NCBI GenBank assembly: GCA_910587745.1
Contig: CAJUNE010000002.1
Span: forward strand, 2,097 to 66,096
Source of the DNA: an uncultured Bacilli bacterium
Lineage (GTDB): Bacteria > Bacillota_I > Bacilli_A > RF39 > UBA660
Length of the DNA stretch: 64,000 nt
Direction: 5' to 3'
Of this stretch, positions 36,836 to 47,089 are shown piece after piece (position 1 is the first letter of the stretch; the number at the start of each line of letters is the position of its first letter). The position numbers and the translations under genes are program-made. Below the pieces are notes generated by a model. That model saw only the letters and a program-made list of their open reading frames with translations, did not search any database and was not told the origin of the DNA.

Positions 36836-38518
36836 TTAATCGTCTCCAAATAAATCATAAACTTCTTCAGTATCATCAGATACATTGTCAATAACATCTC
36901 GGTTATTAACATTTATTTTTTTTATGTTTATTTCTTCATCTTGGTTTTTATTTTTCTTTTTTTCTTTAGCTTTTTTCTTTTCAAGTTTCTTTAATTCTTT
37001 TAACTCTTTTTTTGATAATTCATTTTTGTCTATTTCAAGCTTTTGTGTTGCTTCTAACTTTTCTTTACTTAATGTGTCAAGTATTCCTGTTAAATCGGCT
37101 TTGTCATATTCTGATTTTTTTTCTTCTTCAACTTTGGTGATTTTCTTAGTTTCTTCTAAATTTATTTTTGCTTTTTTTTCTAATTCACCCTTGTTATCTT
37201 CTTTTTCTTTGGCAGTTATTTTTTGCACTTCACTTACGACATCATTAAGCTTTCTTGTAGCTTCTATCTTGGCTTCTTGACGCTCAATAAATTTATTTAT
37301 TTTCTTTTGTTTCTTTTTTGAACTATGTAATAAACATATAATTATTATTAACATTAAAAATGATGTACTTGCAAAGGCAATAATTACATAAGAATATAAT
37401 TTTAATGTTTCTTTAGATGCACTGATTAACTCTTCATCATATCTAATTACTGTATTATTTTCCGTATCATATAAGTAGTAACTAGTGTTACCATCTGATA
37501 GACTTTTAGCATTAATAATTACAAATTCACTATTATCATTAATTTTATAACAATCAATCTCTTCGCCATTAATATTTACTTTTCCTTTATTAAAGTCTAA
37601 TTCTTTATCAAGAGGAACTGGTATTAGTAAAATATGATTTAAATTCATTTCATTAAATTTAGAATATTTGCCATCTTTATATTCAAATAATTTAATTACT
37701 CCATCTTCATTTTTTAAACCTACTAAAGTAATATCTGCTTTGTCATTTATAAATACTGGTATCTCATAACCCTCAATTGTTATTGTACTTTCCTCAAATG
37801 TATCTGGTTTTGTTAAATGTTCTTTTAATTTCACTACTGTGTAATTTCGGTCATTTACTGTAACTTCAATAGGGTTCTCATCTTTAACATCAATATTTAT
37901 TGTGTATATCTTTTCTATTCCTGTTTCTGATTTTACAACTATGTTAATAGCATTAGACCCTTCTTCTAATTCTATATTTCCAGCGCCTGTTACAGTGGCA
38001 TAGGGACTATTTGCAGTAGCTTTTATCTCTATATTTTTTGTACCTTCAGGGACTGTTGCTAGATAAACTTGAACGTCTTTATCAAATTCAGGGCTTAATT
38101 CAAAACCTGTAACATTTAAGCTTTTTAAATTATTGTCATTAGATTTTTCTCTTGGTGCGGTAACATTTATTTTTATTGATTTAGCTTTTAAATTAGCAGG
38201 ATTACCACTACCATCACTTACTCCACTTGGGGTTACTGTTATAGTGGCACTTCCCGTATTTATAGCACTTAATTTAATACTATAAGTATTGTTTTCTATC
38301 CATGCTCTATCTTCACTTACTGCGACTACTCCAGAATTTGATGAAGATATATTAAATCTTCCAGTTACATCATTTCCCCTAATAGTTAATGTTACAGTGC
38401 TTCCTTTAGTGGGATTAGTAGTACTTGCTGATATATTAAATGATGCTGCGTTAGCTTTTGTAAGACCAATAAATAAACTTATTAGCATAACCCCTATTTT
38501 TAAAATATTCTTTTTCAT
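36836..38518 (-). CDS. surface protein: signal peptide, cohesin/Ig-like domain, cadherin-like beta-sandwich domain, TM anchor, Lys/Glu-rich cytoplasmic tail
   Basis: LKSLNVTGFELSPEFDKDVQVY...ATVTG resembles a cadherin-like domain. There is a TM segment at about aa 375-395 and a charged low-complexity C-terminus. Confidence 0.6.
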   Translation of the reverse strand: MKKNILKIGVMLISLFIGLTKANAASFNISASTTNPTKGSTVTLTIRGNDVTGRFNISSSNSGVVAVSEDRAWIENNTYSIKLSAINTGSATITVTPSGVSDGSGNPANLKAKSIKINVTAPREKSNDNNLKSLNVTGFELSPEFDKDVQVYLATVPEGTKNIEIKATANSPYATVTGAGNIELEEGSNAINIVVKSETGIEKIYTINIDVKDENPIEVTVNDRNYTVVKLKEHLTKPDTFEESTITIEGYEIPVFINDKADITLVGLKNEDGVIKLFEYKDGKYSKFNEMNLNHILLIPVPLDKELDFNKGKVNINGEEIDCYKINDNSEFVIINAKSLSDGNTSYYLYDTENNTVIRYDEELISASKETLKLYSYVIIAFASTSFLMLIIIICLLHSSKKKQKKINKFIERQEAKIEATRKLNDVVSEVQKITAKEKEDNKGELEKKAKINLEETKKITKVEEEKKSEYDKADLTGILDTLSKEKLEATQKLEIDKNELSKKELKELKKLEKKKAKEKKKNKNQDEEINIKKINVNNRDVIDNVSDDTEEVYDLFGDD

Positions 38519-38522
38519 TTTA

Positions 38523-40271
38523 TCACTCCATTATACTATTTTTAATTCTTACATAATCTGTGGCTTTGATATTTCCATCACCATCAACATCTGCGGCAAT
38601 GCTCGCAGGAGTAGATAATTCACTTCCACTTTTTTCCATTATGTAATTTTTAATTTTTACATAATCGGTTGCTCCTAACTTGCCATCACCATCTACATCA
38701 CCTTTGACAGCGATTATATATTTATAAGTTTTCTTGCCATCAGTTATTGTAATTTCTTGTCCTGTTTTTATAATGTCATTGTCACTAGCATTAATTGTTA
38801 CTGTATATCCACTTAATTTACTTTTTATAGTTCCTATTGTGGTACCAACAGCAAGATTTTGCAAACATCCTGCATTAACACTTGCTCCTAGTTTAGCTAA
38901 CATAGCTGTTTCATCACTATCAACACTTGGAGACGAAGAGCTACCACCATTTACAATAACATCTTTAGAACCACCACTTGCATATACTAAACCAGCTAAA
39001 GCAGGATTCTTGGCACTACTACTAGCACCGATATTAAAGAAGTTATATAACCCAGCATAAGTTACTCCTTCATATGTAAACTCTGCACCATTAGTAGTAT
39101 TTGATAATTTAACTCCAGCCTCTTGAATGGCTAAACTTGCTAAATATACTGCGCTTATATTTTCATTTTTTCCAGCTTCAACAAATATAGAAGAATATGA
39201 TTGATTGTCTAATACCGAAGTACCTGACATAAAAGTTCCTTTTAAAATTGTCTGTACAACTTGTTCATTATAATTATCAGAATATCCTAAATTTTCAAAC
39301 ATTAATATTCTTTCTTCTATTAAAAAGTTTCTTGGGTCTAAATAATATCCTACGGTTGCACGATTTGCTTTATACCATCCTTTTTCTGTTTGAACTAATG
39401 GTTTATCATAATATGCATCACCACCTTGAATAGAACTTACATTTTGCTCAGCTGTTATTGACTTTTCAAAATCTAAGCCTGTTTTTAAAGCTTTAAAAGT
39501 CCAGTTAGGACGAGTTTTATGAAGTAATCTTAATTTGCATTTATAACTTTCAGGAAAACCTTGTTCATTTAATTCAGCTTCAAAAGTAGCATCAGTTATT
39601 GTACTTTCGCAAGTTTTATCAATTTCTTTTCCTGGCAACCCAGTATATTCTGGCATATTTTCAAATATCGGTATGGTAAATTCTAAGGGTAATTCTAATA
39701 AATTATTGGCTTTATATGTTCTATAACTTGTTAATGCTTCACTATATGGGGCTGCTAAATTAGCCATATATTGATGATTGTAAACATTGTATGATGAATT
39801 CGGATTTACATTGAACTTTTTTAAATATGATGTAAATTGACCTTTATTTATGTATGACCTTGTCATAAATCTTGCTCCACCTACAATGGCTTTCTTTGGT
39901 GTTGTCCATGGTCTATCATATACATCAGTATTTTCCCCAGCATTTTTAATTTCTATATAACTAGCACAAACATAGGCACTTTTTCCACTGTAATCTATTT
40001 CATACCAGCCAGCATTACAAGCTCCATTTTTAGGTTCATCAGGTACTACACTTTCTTTTTTTAATGAGTAAGATGTGCCACTTTTACCAAGTATATAATA
40101 GCCATAATTTGTTCCTGGACCTTTTCTTAAATATACTGCATCTTTTAATACTGCTTTTTTTTCTTCAGCATAAACATTTATAGTTAGACAAAAAAAGACA
40201 AATATAAAGACTAAAAATAACTTTTTTCTACTACACTTCATAACTGCCTCCTTATTCTCATAGTTATACAT
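38523..40271 (-). CDS. secreted peptidoglycan hydrolase: SH3b, glucosaminidase (GH73-like) domain and C-terminal dockerin-type repeats
   Basis: Signal peptide and an SH3b-like region (LRKGPGTNYGYY). The GH73-like part is a weak call from overall resemblance, with no catalytic motif identified. Two C-terminal EF-hand-like repeats: DVDGDGKLGATDYVKIKNYI and DVDGDGNIKATDYVRIKNSI. Confidence 0.6.
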   Translation of the reverse strand: MYNYENKEAVMKCSRKKLFLVFIFVFFCLTINVYAEEKKAVLKDAVYLRKGPGTNYGYYILGKSGTSYSLKKESVVPDEPKNGACNAGWYEIDYSGKSAYVCASYIEIKNAGENTDVYDRPWTTPKKAIVGGARFMTRSYINKGQFTSYLKKFNVNPNSSYNVYNHQYMANLAAPYSEALTSYRTYKANNLLELPLEFTIPIFENMPEYTGLPGKEIDKTCESTITDATFEAELNEQGFPESYKCKLRLLHKTRPNWTFKALKTGLDFEKSITAEQNVSSIQGGDAYYDKPLVQTEKGWYKANRATVGYYLDPRNFLIEERILMFENLGYSDNYNEQVVQTILKGTFMSGTSVLDNQSYSSIFVEAGKNENISAVYLASLAIQEAGVKLSNTTNGAEFTYEGVTYAGLYNFFNIGASSSAKNPALAGLVYASGGSKDVIVNGGSSSSPSVDSDETAMLAKLGASVNAGCLQNLAVGTTIGTIKSKLSGYTVTINASDNDIIKTGQEITITDGKKTYKYIIAVKGDVDGDGKLGATDYVKIKNYIMEKSGSELSTPASIAADVDGDGNIKATDYVRIKNSIME

Positions 40272-40415
40272 TATAATTATAACTTATAGTAAAAAATATC
40301 TCAACTTATTAGACTTTTTAATTCGTAAATTTTATGTAAAGCTTATAAATTGTTTGCAAGAAGACATAATATATTATATAATAATAATTGTTAATATTAG
40401 AATAGAAGGTGTTTA

Positions 40416-42419
40416 ATGAAAGTACTTTTTAATAAATTAAAAAAATGTAATAAAATATTTCTTATTATTTATTTATTAACTTTTATTATATATTTAGTAA
40501 CTTATTTCTTACTGATAAAGAATTTAATGGGTCTTAGTGGTGTTGAAACTTTAATAAGATCTATTGTAATTGGTTTGTTCGGAATATGGTTAATAGCTTA
40601 TTTTTTATGGAACTTAATTAATCTTATTTTGAAAAAACATATTACTTTATCTATTACGACAGCTTTAACTATTATTTTTGTGGTAGTATTCTCCGCGGTA
40701 AATTATTATATAAATGTTATTTATACAAGTATTGATAATTTAGCAGAAAGTGAACAAGTTACTTATACTTCTAATTTAATTGTTATGAGTGGAACTTCTT
40801 TAAATGATAATAGTAAACTGGGAATGATTAATACTGATAAAGATATTGAAGGTAATGTTCTTGCTAAAGAACTGATTAAAGATAAAAAATTGGAAAATTT
40901 AGAAGTTATTGAATACTCTAGCTATTATGAAATGATTTATGATTTAATTAGTGGTAAAATACAAGGAACTTTCTTAAATTCTAATTATTTAGTTACTTAT
41001 AGTGAAGAAGAATTTGAAGGTATTAAAAATAGTATGATTCTTTATTCTTATAGTAAAAAAATGAAAAATCAAGATACCGAACTTAAAAGCAAAAAAAGTT
41101 TAAATGAACCTTTTACTATTCTCCTTATGGGTGTTGATAGTGAGGATGATGGACTAGATCAAAATGCTGCTTTTAATGGGGATACTTTAATGCTTGTTAC
41201 TTTTAATCCTAAAACTCTTAATGCGACCATGTTCTCTATTCCAAGAGATACTTATGTCCCTATTGCTTGTAATAACAATAAATATGCAAAAATAAATTCA
41301 GCGGCTGGGTATGGTACAAGTTGTGTTATCCAAACTATTGAACAACTTACGGAAGTGAAAATAGATTACTATGTTAAAATTAACTTTAAAGGCGTTGTTG
41401 ATTTAGTAGAAGCAGTTGGTGGAATTGATGTTGATGTTGAAGTTCCAGATTATAAACTTTATTATAAGGCCCATAATGGTCGTGTTTGTGAGCAAAACTC
41501 TTTAAGACAATTTGGCGATCAACTTGTTTGTATGGATACTGGTATGCAACACTTAAACGGCGAACAAGCCTTAGCTTATGCTAGATGTAGACATGCTTAT
41601 TTACAAAGTGATATTGCTCGTAATAGACATCAACAACAAATTGTTGAAGCTTTAGCTAGAAAAATCGCTAATCCTTCTAATATTAATCGCTTTGAAGAAT
41701 TACTTAATGCTATAACTAATAATATGAAAACTAATATGGAAAAGAAACAAATGCTTACGTTCTATGATGTCCTAAAAGAAATGGTCTTAAAATCTTTTGG
41801 TGATGGCGATTTTGTTAAAATTCAAAAAACTTATTTAGAATATTATTCTCTTCCTGTTAGATATGGTAATATGACATTATCAGCGGTTGGTTATTATCCA
41901 GACTCTTTAAATGCTATTAAAAATTTAATGAAATCTAATTTAGGCTTAGAAAAAAAAGAAATGATTAAAACGTTTAGCTTCGATGCTAATGAAGAATATA
42001 CAACAAAAGTTACTGGTCAAGGTATTACAACAGGTGGTAAGTTAGAAACCATGCCAAACTTTATTGGTAAACCTATATCAGAAGTAGAAGCTTGGGCAAC
42101 TAGCCATAATATCACTTTAAATACAGAATTTGTTGATGCAGATAGTGAATATTATAATTCTAATACTTTACCTGGTATGGTAGCTAATCAAAGTATTGGA
42201 GCTTATACTCTTATAAATGAAATTACAGAATTAACAATTTATATAAATAATGCGTCTCAAATACCAACTCCTAATCCTGATGATAACCAAAATAACAATG
42301 ATTCTAATAACGGGGAAGAAGATAATTCTAACGATGATATTCCTGATGTAATTCTTCCGAGTGAAGAAGAGGAATCTGATAATGAGAACTCTGAAAATGA
42401 AGAAACTAACCAAGATTAA
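40416..42419 (+). CDS. LytR-CpsA-Psr (LCP) family protein with a C-terminal PASTA-like domain and acidic tail
   Basis: LLMGVDS...DTLMLVTFNP...SIPRDTY...ALAYARCRH is an LCP core. PNFIGKPISEVEAWA...ELTIYIN is PASTA-like. Confidence 0.8.
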   Translation: MKVLFNKLKKCNKIFLIIYLLTFIIYLVTYFLLIKNLMGLSGVETLIRSIVIGLFGIWLIAYFLWNLINLILKKHITLSITTALTIIFVVVFSAVNYYINVIYTSIDNLAESEQVTYTSNLIVMSGTSLNDNSKLGMINTDKDIEGNVLAKELIKDKKLENLEVIEYSSYYEMIYDLISGKIQGTFLNSNYLVTYSEEEFEGIKNSMILYSYSKKMKNQDTELKSKKSLNEPFTILLMGVDSEDDGLDQNAAFNGDTLMLVTFNPKTLNATMFSIPRDTYVPIACNNNKYAKINSAAGYGTSCVIQTIEQLTEVKIDYYVKINFKGVVDLVEAVGGIDVDVEVPDYKLYYKAHNGRVCEQNSLRQFGDQLVCMDTGMQHLNGEQALAYARCRHAYLQSDIARNRHQQQIVEALARKIANPSNINRFEELLNAITNNMKTNMEKKQMLTFYDVLKEMVLKSFGDGDFVKIQKTYLEYYSLPVRYGNMTLSAVGYYPDSLNAIKNLMKSNLGLEKKEMIKTFSFDANEEYTTKVTGQGITTGGKLETMPNFIGKPISEVEAWATSHNITLNTEFVDADSEYYNSNTLPGMVANQSIGAYTLINEITELTIYINNASQIPTPNPDDNQNNNDSNNGEEDNSNDDIPDVILPSEEEESDNENSENEETNQD

Positions 42420-42437
42420 TGGTTAGTTTTTGTTTTT
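42404..42437 (+). terminator. rho-independent terminator after the LCP gene
   Basis: AACTAACCA-N7-TGGTTAGTT followed by a T-run. Confidence 0.7.
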
Positions 42438-42441
42438 AATA

Positions 42442-43323
42442 CTATATATTTTCACTTATTTTTATACTTGCTAAAGCACCTTCGCTTGCAGCATTTATTA
42501 ATTGGTAGGTATCTTTTTTTGTTACATCGCCTGAGGCATATATTCCATCTATATTTGTCGCTCCATTTTTATCTACCAAAATATACCCTTTATCTAATTT
42601 AATGTCACTATTTTCTATAAAACTAGTATTTGGTATAAATCCTATATAAATAAATAAAGCACTTACATTTAACTCTTGGCCATCTTTTAAGATTAAACCT
42701 GATAATATATTATTTTCTTCTTTTAACTCTTTTATTTCATTATTTAATATTAATTCTATATTATTAGTATTCTTAACTTCTTCAACTAAAGTATCTTCGC
42801 CTCTAAATTCTTCTCTACGATGAATTAAATAAACTTTTTTTACTAGTTTAGATAAATGTATACTTTCTGCTAAAGCACTAGAGCCTCCACCTATAACTGC
42901 TACTTCTTTATTTTTATATAATGCTCCATCACATAATGCACAAGTACTTATTCCTCTTCCTAATAAAGCTTCTTCTTTGTCTAAACCTAATAGTTTAGGT
43001 CTTCTACCAGTAGCTATTAAAATATTTTTAGCTTGATATACATTGTTTTTAGTTTTTATTGTTTTAGAATCAGTTATAATATCTGTTACTTCTTCTATTT
43101 TATATTCAATCTCTAATTCTTGAACTTTTGTAAATAAGTTAAATGCAAAATCAGGACCACTTACTGAAGATATTCCAGGATAGTTCTCGACATTAGTTAT
43201 TTTATTTAACGTTCCACCTGGTGCGCTACTTTCAATCATTAAAACTTTTAAATTGGCTCTTTTTGCATATATCGCTGCGCTTATACCAGATATACCCATA
43301 CCAATTATTATTAAATCATACAT
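42442..43323 (-). CDS. trxB: thioredoxin-disulfide reductase
   Basis: GMGISGISAA FAD motif, redox CALCDG, GGGSSA NADPH motif and the C-terminal GD motif. Confidence 0.9.
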   Translation of the reverse strand: MYDLIIIGMGISGISAAIYAKRANLKVLMIESSAPGGTLNKITNVENYPGISSVSGPDFAFNLFTKVQELEIEYKIEEVTDIITDSKTIKTKNNVYQAKNILIATGRRPKLLGLDKEEALLGRGISTCALCDGALYKNKEVAVIGGGSSALAESIHLSKLVKKVYLIHRREEFRGEDTLVEEVKNTNNIELILNNEIKELKEENNILSGLILKDGQELNVSALFIYIGFIPNTSFIENSDIKLDKGYILVDKNGATNIDGIYASGDVTKKDTYQLINAASEGALASIKISENI

Positions 43324-44132
43324 TATTCTATTCTCCCTTTATTTATATCATTATATAAATTTTCATATTTACCTTTATGATGTAATATTACTAAATATAC
43401 CAAAGCTATTACAAATAAACATATAGATATTATTTGAGCTATTTTGAATCCCCCTAGCATTAGGGAGTCTGTTCGCCAAGCTTCAATAAAGAATCTGCCA
43501 AAACTATACCACATTAAATATATACATGTTGTTGCTCCTATTTTAATATATTTTCTACTTCTAATAAATATTAAAACTATAAATCCTAAAATACACCATA
43601 AGAATTCGAAATAAAATGTTGGTAAGTAATATATTCCGCCAATATGCATTCCTTTAATAATAAACTCTGGTATACATAAATCTTTTAAAAATGTATAAGT
43701 GGTAGCAAACCCGTGAGCTTCACTATTGAAAAAATTCCCCCATCTGCCTATCCCTTGAGCTAGAATGACTGCTGGTACAACAATGTCTAGTATTTTTAAA
43801 AAATTTAACTTTTTTCTTTTGGTATAAATATATATTGCAATAGTTCCAAATATTAAACCTCCATGAATAGCAAGGCCACCATTCCAAACTGCAAATATCT
43901 CCATTAAATTGTATTTATAATATGATATATTAAATAATACATAATATAATCTAGCACCTAATATACCAAATACTATGCCATAAAAACACATATTTATAAT
44001 ATCATCTTTTGATATATTAAACTTTTTAGCTTCTTTTAAGACTAAATACATTCCTATAAAAATTCCTGTTAGTATTAAAAAAGAATACCATTTTATTTCT
44101 AATCCAAATATTGTAAGCATTGTGGGATTCAT
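43323..44132 (-). CDS. lgt: prolipoprotein diacylglyceryl transferase
   Basis: GGLAIHGG, GRWGNFFNSEAHG and polytopic topology. Confidence 0.9.
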   Translation of the reverse strand: MNPTMLTIFGLEIKWYSFLILTGIFIGMYLVLKEAKKFNISKDDIINMCFYGIVFGILGARLYYVLFNISYYKYNLMEIFAVWNGGLAIHGGLIFGTIAIYIYTKRKKLNFLKILDIVVPAVILAQGIGRWGNFFNSEAHGFATTYTFLKDLCIPEFIIKGMHIGGIYYLPTFYFEFLWCILGFIVLIFIRSRKYIKIGATTCIYLMWYSFGRFFIEAWRTDSLMLGGFKIAQIISICLFVIALVYLVILHHKGKYENLYNDINKGRIE

Positions 44133-44183
44133 ATAATCAACTCTTTTCTTTTATTATTATACTAGAAAATAAAAAATAAATAA

Positions 44184-44315
44184 ACAAAAAACTACTTTGA
44201 TACTTATTCATCAAAGTAGTCTTAGATATTACTCTTTAATATCGTTAATACTTATAATATTAGATTGATATCAAAAAATAAATATGTGCATAAGTAATAC
44301 CTGTTGCACATATTT
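44184..44315 (-). terminator. two consecutive minus-strand intrinsic-terminator-like hairpins with no upstream ORF
   Basis: AAATATGTGCA-N14-TGCACATATTT (44280-44315) and ACTACTTTGAT-N8-ATCAAAGTAGT (44191-44220). Each is followed by a T-run on the minus strand. Confidence 0.45.
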
Positions 44316-44427
44316 ATAGTTTGTTATATTTTATTTCTTATATTAAACCTGTTTTTACCATTTTTTATTTTATTGTATTTTATTTTTTTCTTTTTTCTTG
44401 TATAATTGTTTTAAAGGAGTATGGGAA

Positions 44428-44853
44428 ATGGAAAAAATTAAAGAATTATACACTAAATATGAAGAGATTATTAATTATTTAATTGTGGGAGTTTTAACTA
44501 CTGTTGTTAGTCTTGCTACTTATTTTATTTGTACTGAAACATTTTTAGACCCTAATAAAAAATTAGAACTACAAATTGCTAATATTATTTCTTGGATATT
44601 CGCTGTTGCTTTCGCTTATTTCACTAATAGAAAATACGTTTTTAAAAGTAAAAATAAAAATATGCTAAAAGAAGCTTCCTCTTTTGTAGGCTCTAGAATT
44701 CTTAGTCTTTTAATGGATATGTTTACAATGTTTATTATTGTTTCAGTTTTACATCTTAATGATAAAATTGGTAAACTTGTTTCTCAAGTTATTGTTACAA
44801 TTGCTAATTATATATTAAGTAAATTATTTGTATTTAAGAAAAAAGAAAACTAG
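44428..44853 (+). CDS. GtrA-family membrane protein
   Basis: Four TM segments and the FAYFTNRKYVFKS motif. ATG 44428 follows AAAGGAG. Confidence 0.8.
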   Translation: MEKIKELYTKYEEIINYLIVGVLTTVVSLATYFICTETFLDPNKKLELQIANIISWIFAVAFAYFTNRKYVFKSKNKNMLKEASSFVGSRILSLLMDMFTMFIIVSVLHLNDKIGKLVSQVIVTIANYILSKLFVFKKKEN

Positions 44854-44859
44854 TATTTA

Positions 44860-45197
44860 TTTAGAAAATATGTTAATATTAAATTAGTAGAGCGTTAGGA
44901 TGCAATCTAATATCTACTTTTTGGGTAAGACATTGACTGTAATAGTTAATGTCATTTTTATTATTCTGAACAAGGTTACCCTTATTTGAACCTTCATCTA
45001 ATCACACTCCTTACTAGCCCAAAACCCCGTAGGATAAAGAAGAGTCGGATAGTGAATAGAAAAGGCAGACATTAGCCCTAACGCTCAAGGTATTATTCTA
45101 ATTTATTAAGTATTAAATGGCAATAAAATTCGTACGACAGATTTCGACATAACACTTAAAAAGATGTGATTTTTTATAGTCACATCTTCTTTGTTTT
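44860..45197 (+). ncRNA. structured RNA locus, paralog B (unknown family), stand-alone with its own terminator
   Basis: It has the same extended -10 (TGtTAATAT, 44871-44879). A 10-bp closing helix pairs 44890-44899 with 45077-45086. The conserved tail is 45087-45152, and the terminator is AAGATGTGA-N10-TCACATCTT (45161-45188). Confidence 0.6.
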
Positions 45198-47036
45198 AGT
45201 TTCTTTATATATTAAACCGATGATTAATGGTAAACTAAATACGATTGGTACCATATATCTAAAATATGTATTTACTGGTCCTACTACACAAGTGAGTAAT
45301 AGTGTAAATGCTGGTATTAATAAAAGTATGAATTTCTTTTTCTTTTCTACTATTAAATATGTAAATATTAGCATATATACCCAAACGTTAAAACCAATAT
45401 TGACTTGAGAACCTAGTATAGGAATATAAGGATATATTACACCAAAATTTCCAAGTATGTTTCTTGGTATTCCTAAGCCTTTAATAAAATGATAATCTAG
45501 GCCAACATTTTCTAACTTCTTGTCATAATTATGATAAACATACCAGTTAGATGTATTAGGATAAAAATAACCATAAGTTGTATTTATTGTAGCATTTATA
45601 TAAGTCATTGGATGTTTAAATAAATGAATAAACCATATTTTTAAATATTTAATTAAATCTTCATTAGTCGTATCTTTATTAAATTCATCTTTAACATGAT
45701 CTGCTAGATTGGCTTTATATCTTGTACCTAATGTTTCATAATTTAGAATTTTATCAATTATAGCAATTTCTTCTTCATTTAATTCTTCACTATGATATTT
45801 TACATATCTGGCTGTTTGTTGAAAAGGTACTGATAATACTTCTCTTATACTTCCTGATGTTATATTCATTTTTGGTAAAAGAATTTTATTGTGTACAACA
45901 TACACAAACAATGTAGATAATATAGTTATTATTAAAGCTACTCTTTTTTCTTTTATAACGATAATTGCGCCTAAAATAGTAAATAATAAAATGTATACAC
46001 CATTGTTTCTTGTAAGCATTGTAAATAGCATTAATAAACCTAATATAATATAATCTTTTTTATTATAATTTGATGTTATTAAGCGATGTAATTCGATAAT
46101 GAAAAATATTAATAATGCTCCAAAAAAGACATCTTTAACTGGTGACATCGCATATAATGGAAATACTGGTATCAAAGAATACATTATTAAGACTATAAAG
46201 CGATACATAAATGGTATTTTTAATCTTTTTAAATATATTAAAGAATATGTTAAAGCACTTATTAATACAAATATCTGAAAGCAACTAAACATAAATAATC
46301 CTAAATTAATATTTCCTATAGCATCGCCTATTTTAGCACATCCACCTAATATAAATGAATGAAATGCTGGATGATGGTTTGTTATTTTAATATTATCATT
46401 TATTAAATTAACTCCTGTTGAAAATCTAGTGTCCATTCCAAAATATTGCTTTATTTGATTAGCTGGGTCCGATGACATTATACTAGGATAAAAACTAATT
46501 ATATAGGGTAACCAAGCGATTAATATAATTATTATTGTTGTTTTATATGGATGTTTTTCATAATAATTTTTAAATCTTTTTAAGAACTTTGGTTCTTTTA
46601 TTTTTTTTAAGTTCATACCTTTAATTTTTGCCATTAATAAATTAATAACTGTTGATAAAAAGTAATAATATGTAATTATTTTTACAACTGATAACATTAT
46701 TAATATAATATTTCCAGCGATTAAACTTTCATTTCCAATAATACTATAGCTAAAACCAAATGTTAGTAATAATGAAAATATAAAACTTAAAATATTGTAA
46801 GCTTTTTTCTTCTCTATATCAATAAACTTTTTATAAAAAATTATTAGAGCAATTGTTATCCCTAAGATTAATAAAAAATCTGTGTTAGAGTAAAAAAACT
46901 TTGTTAAAGAAGATATACTAATATTTTTGATATTTCCATAAGTTAAAACTACTTCTTTTAATATCCTTTCACTATATATACATAAGGCAGTGAATAAACT
47001 TATTAAATATATAACTATTCTTTTCATAGGCTTCAC
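45180..47036 (-). CDS. large polytopic membrane protein (618 aa), possibly a glycosyltransferase-C-fold / DUF6020-like protein
   Basis: At least 12 hydrophobic segments plus a soluble loop. The family assignment is a guess. Confidence 0.5.
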   Translation of the reverse strand: MKPMKRIVIYLISLFTALCIYSERILKEVVLTYGNIKNISISSLTKFFYSNTDFLLILGITIALIIFYKKFIDIEKKKAYNILSFIFSLLLTFGFSYSIIGNESLIAGNIILIMLSVVKIITYYYFLSTVINLLMAKIKGMNLKKIKEPKFLKRFKNYYEKHPYKTTIIIILIAWLPYIISFYPSIMSSDPANQIKQYFGMDTRFSTGVNLINDNIKITNHHPAFHSFILGGCAKIGDAIGNINLGLFMFSCFQIFVLISALTYSLIYLKRLKIPFMYRFIVLIMYSLIPVFPLYAMSPVKDVFFGALLIFFIIELHRLITSNYNKKDYIILGLLMLFTMLTRNNGVYILLFTILGAIIVIKEKRVALIITILSTLFVYVVHNKILLPKMNITSGSIREVLSVPFQQTARYVKYHSEELNEEEIAIIDKILNYETLGTRYKANLADHVKDEFNKDTTNEDLIKYLKIWFIHLFKHPMTYINATINTTYGYFYPNTSNWYVYHNYDKKLENVGLDYHFIKGLGIPRNILGNFGVIYPYIPILGSQVNIGFNVWVYMLIFTYLIVEKKKKFILLLIPAFTLLLTCVVGPVNTYFRYMVPIVFSLPLIIGLIYKETKTKKM

Positions 47037-47089
47037 CTATCTTTAATTTATCATAATTTATTACTTTTTACAATATAAAAGATTTATTT

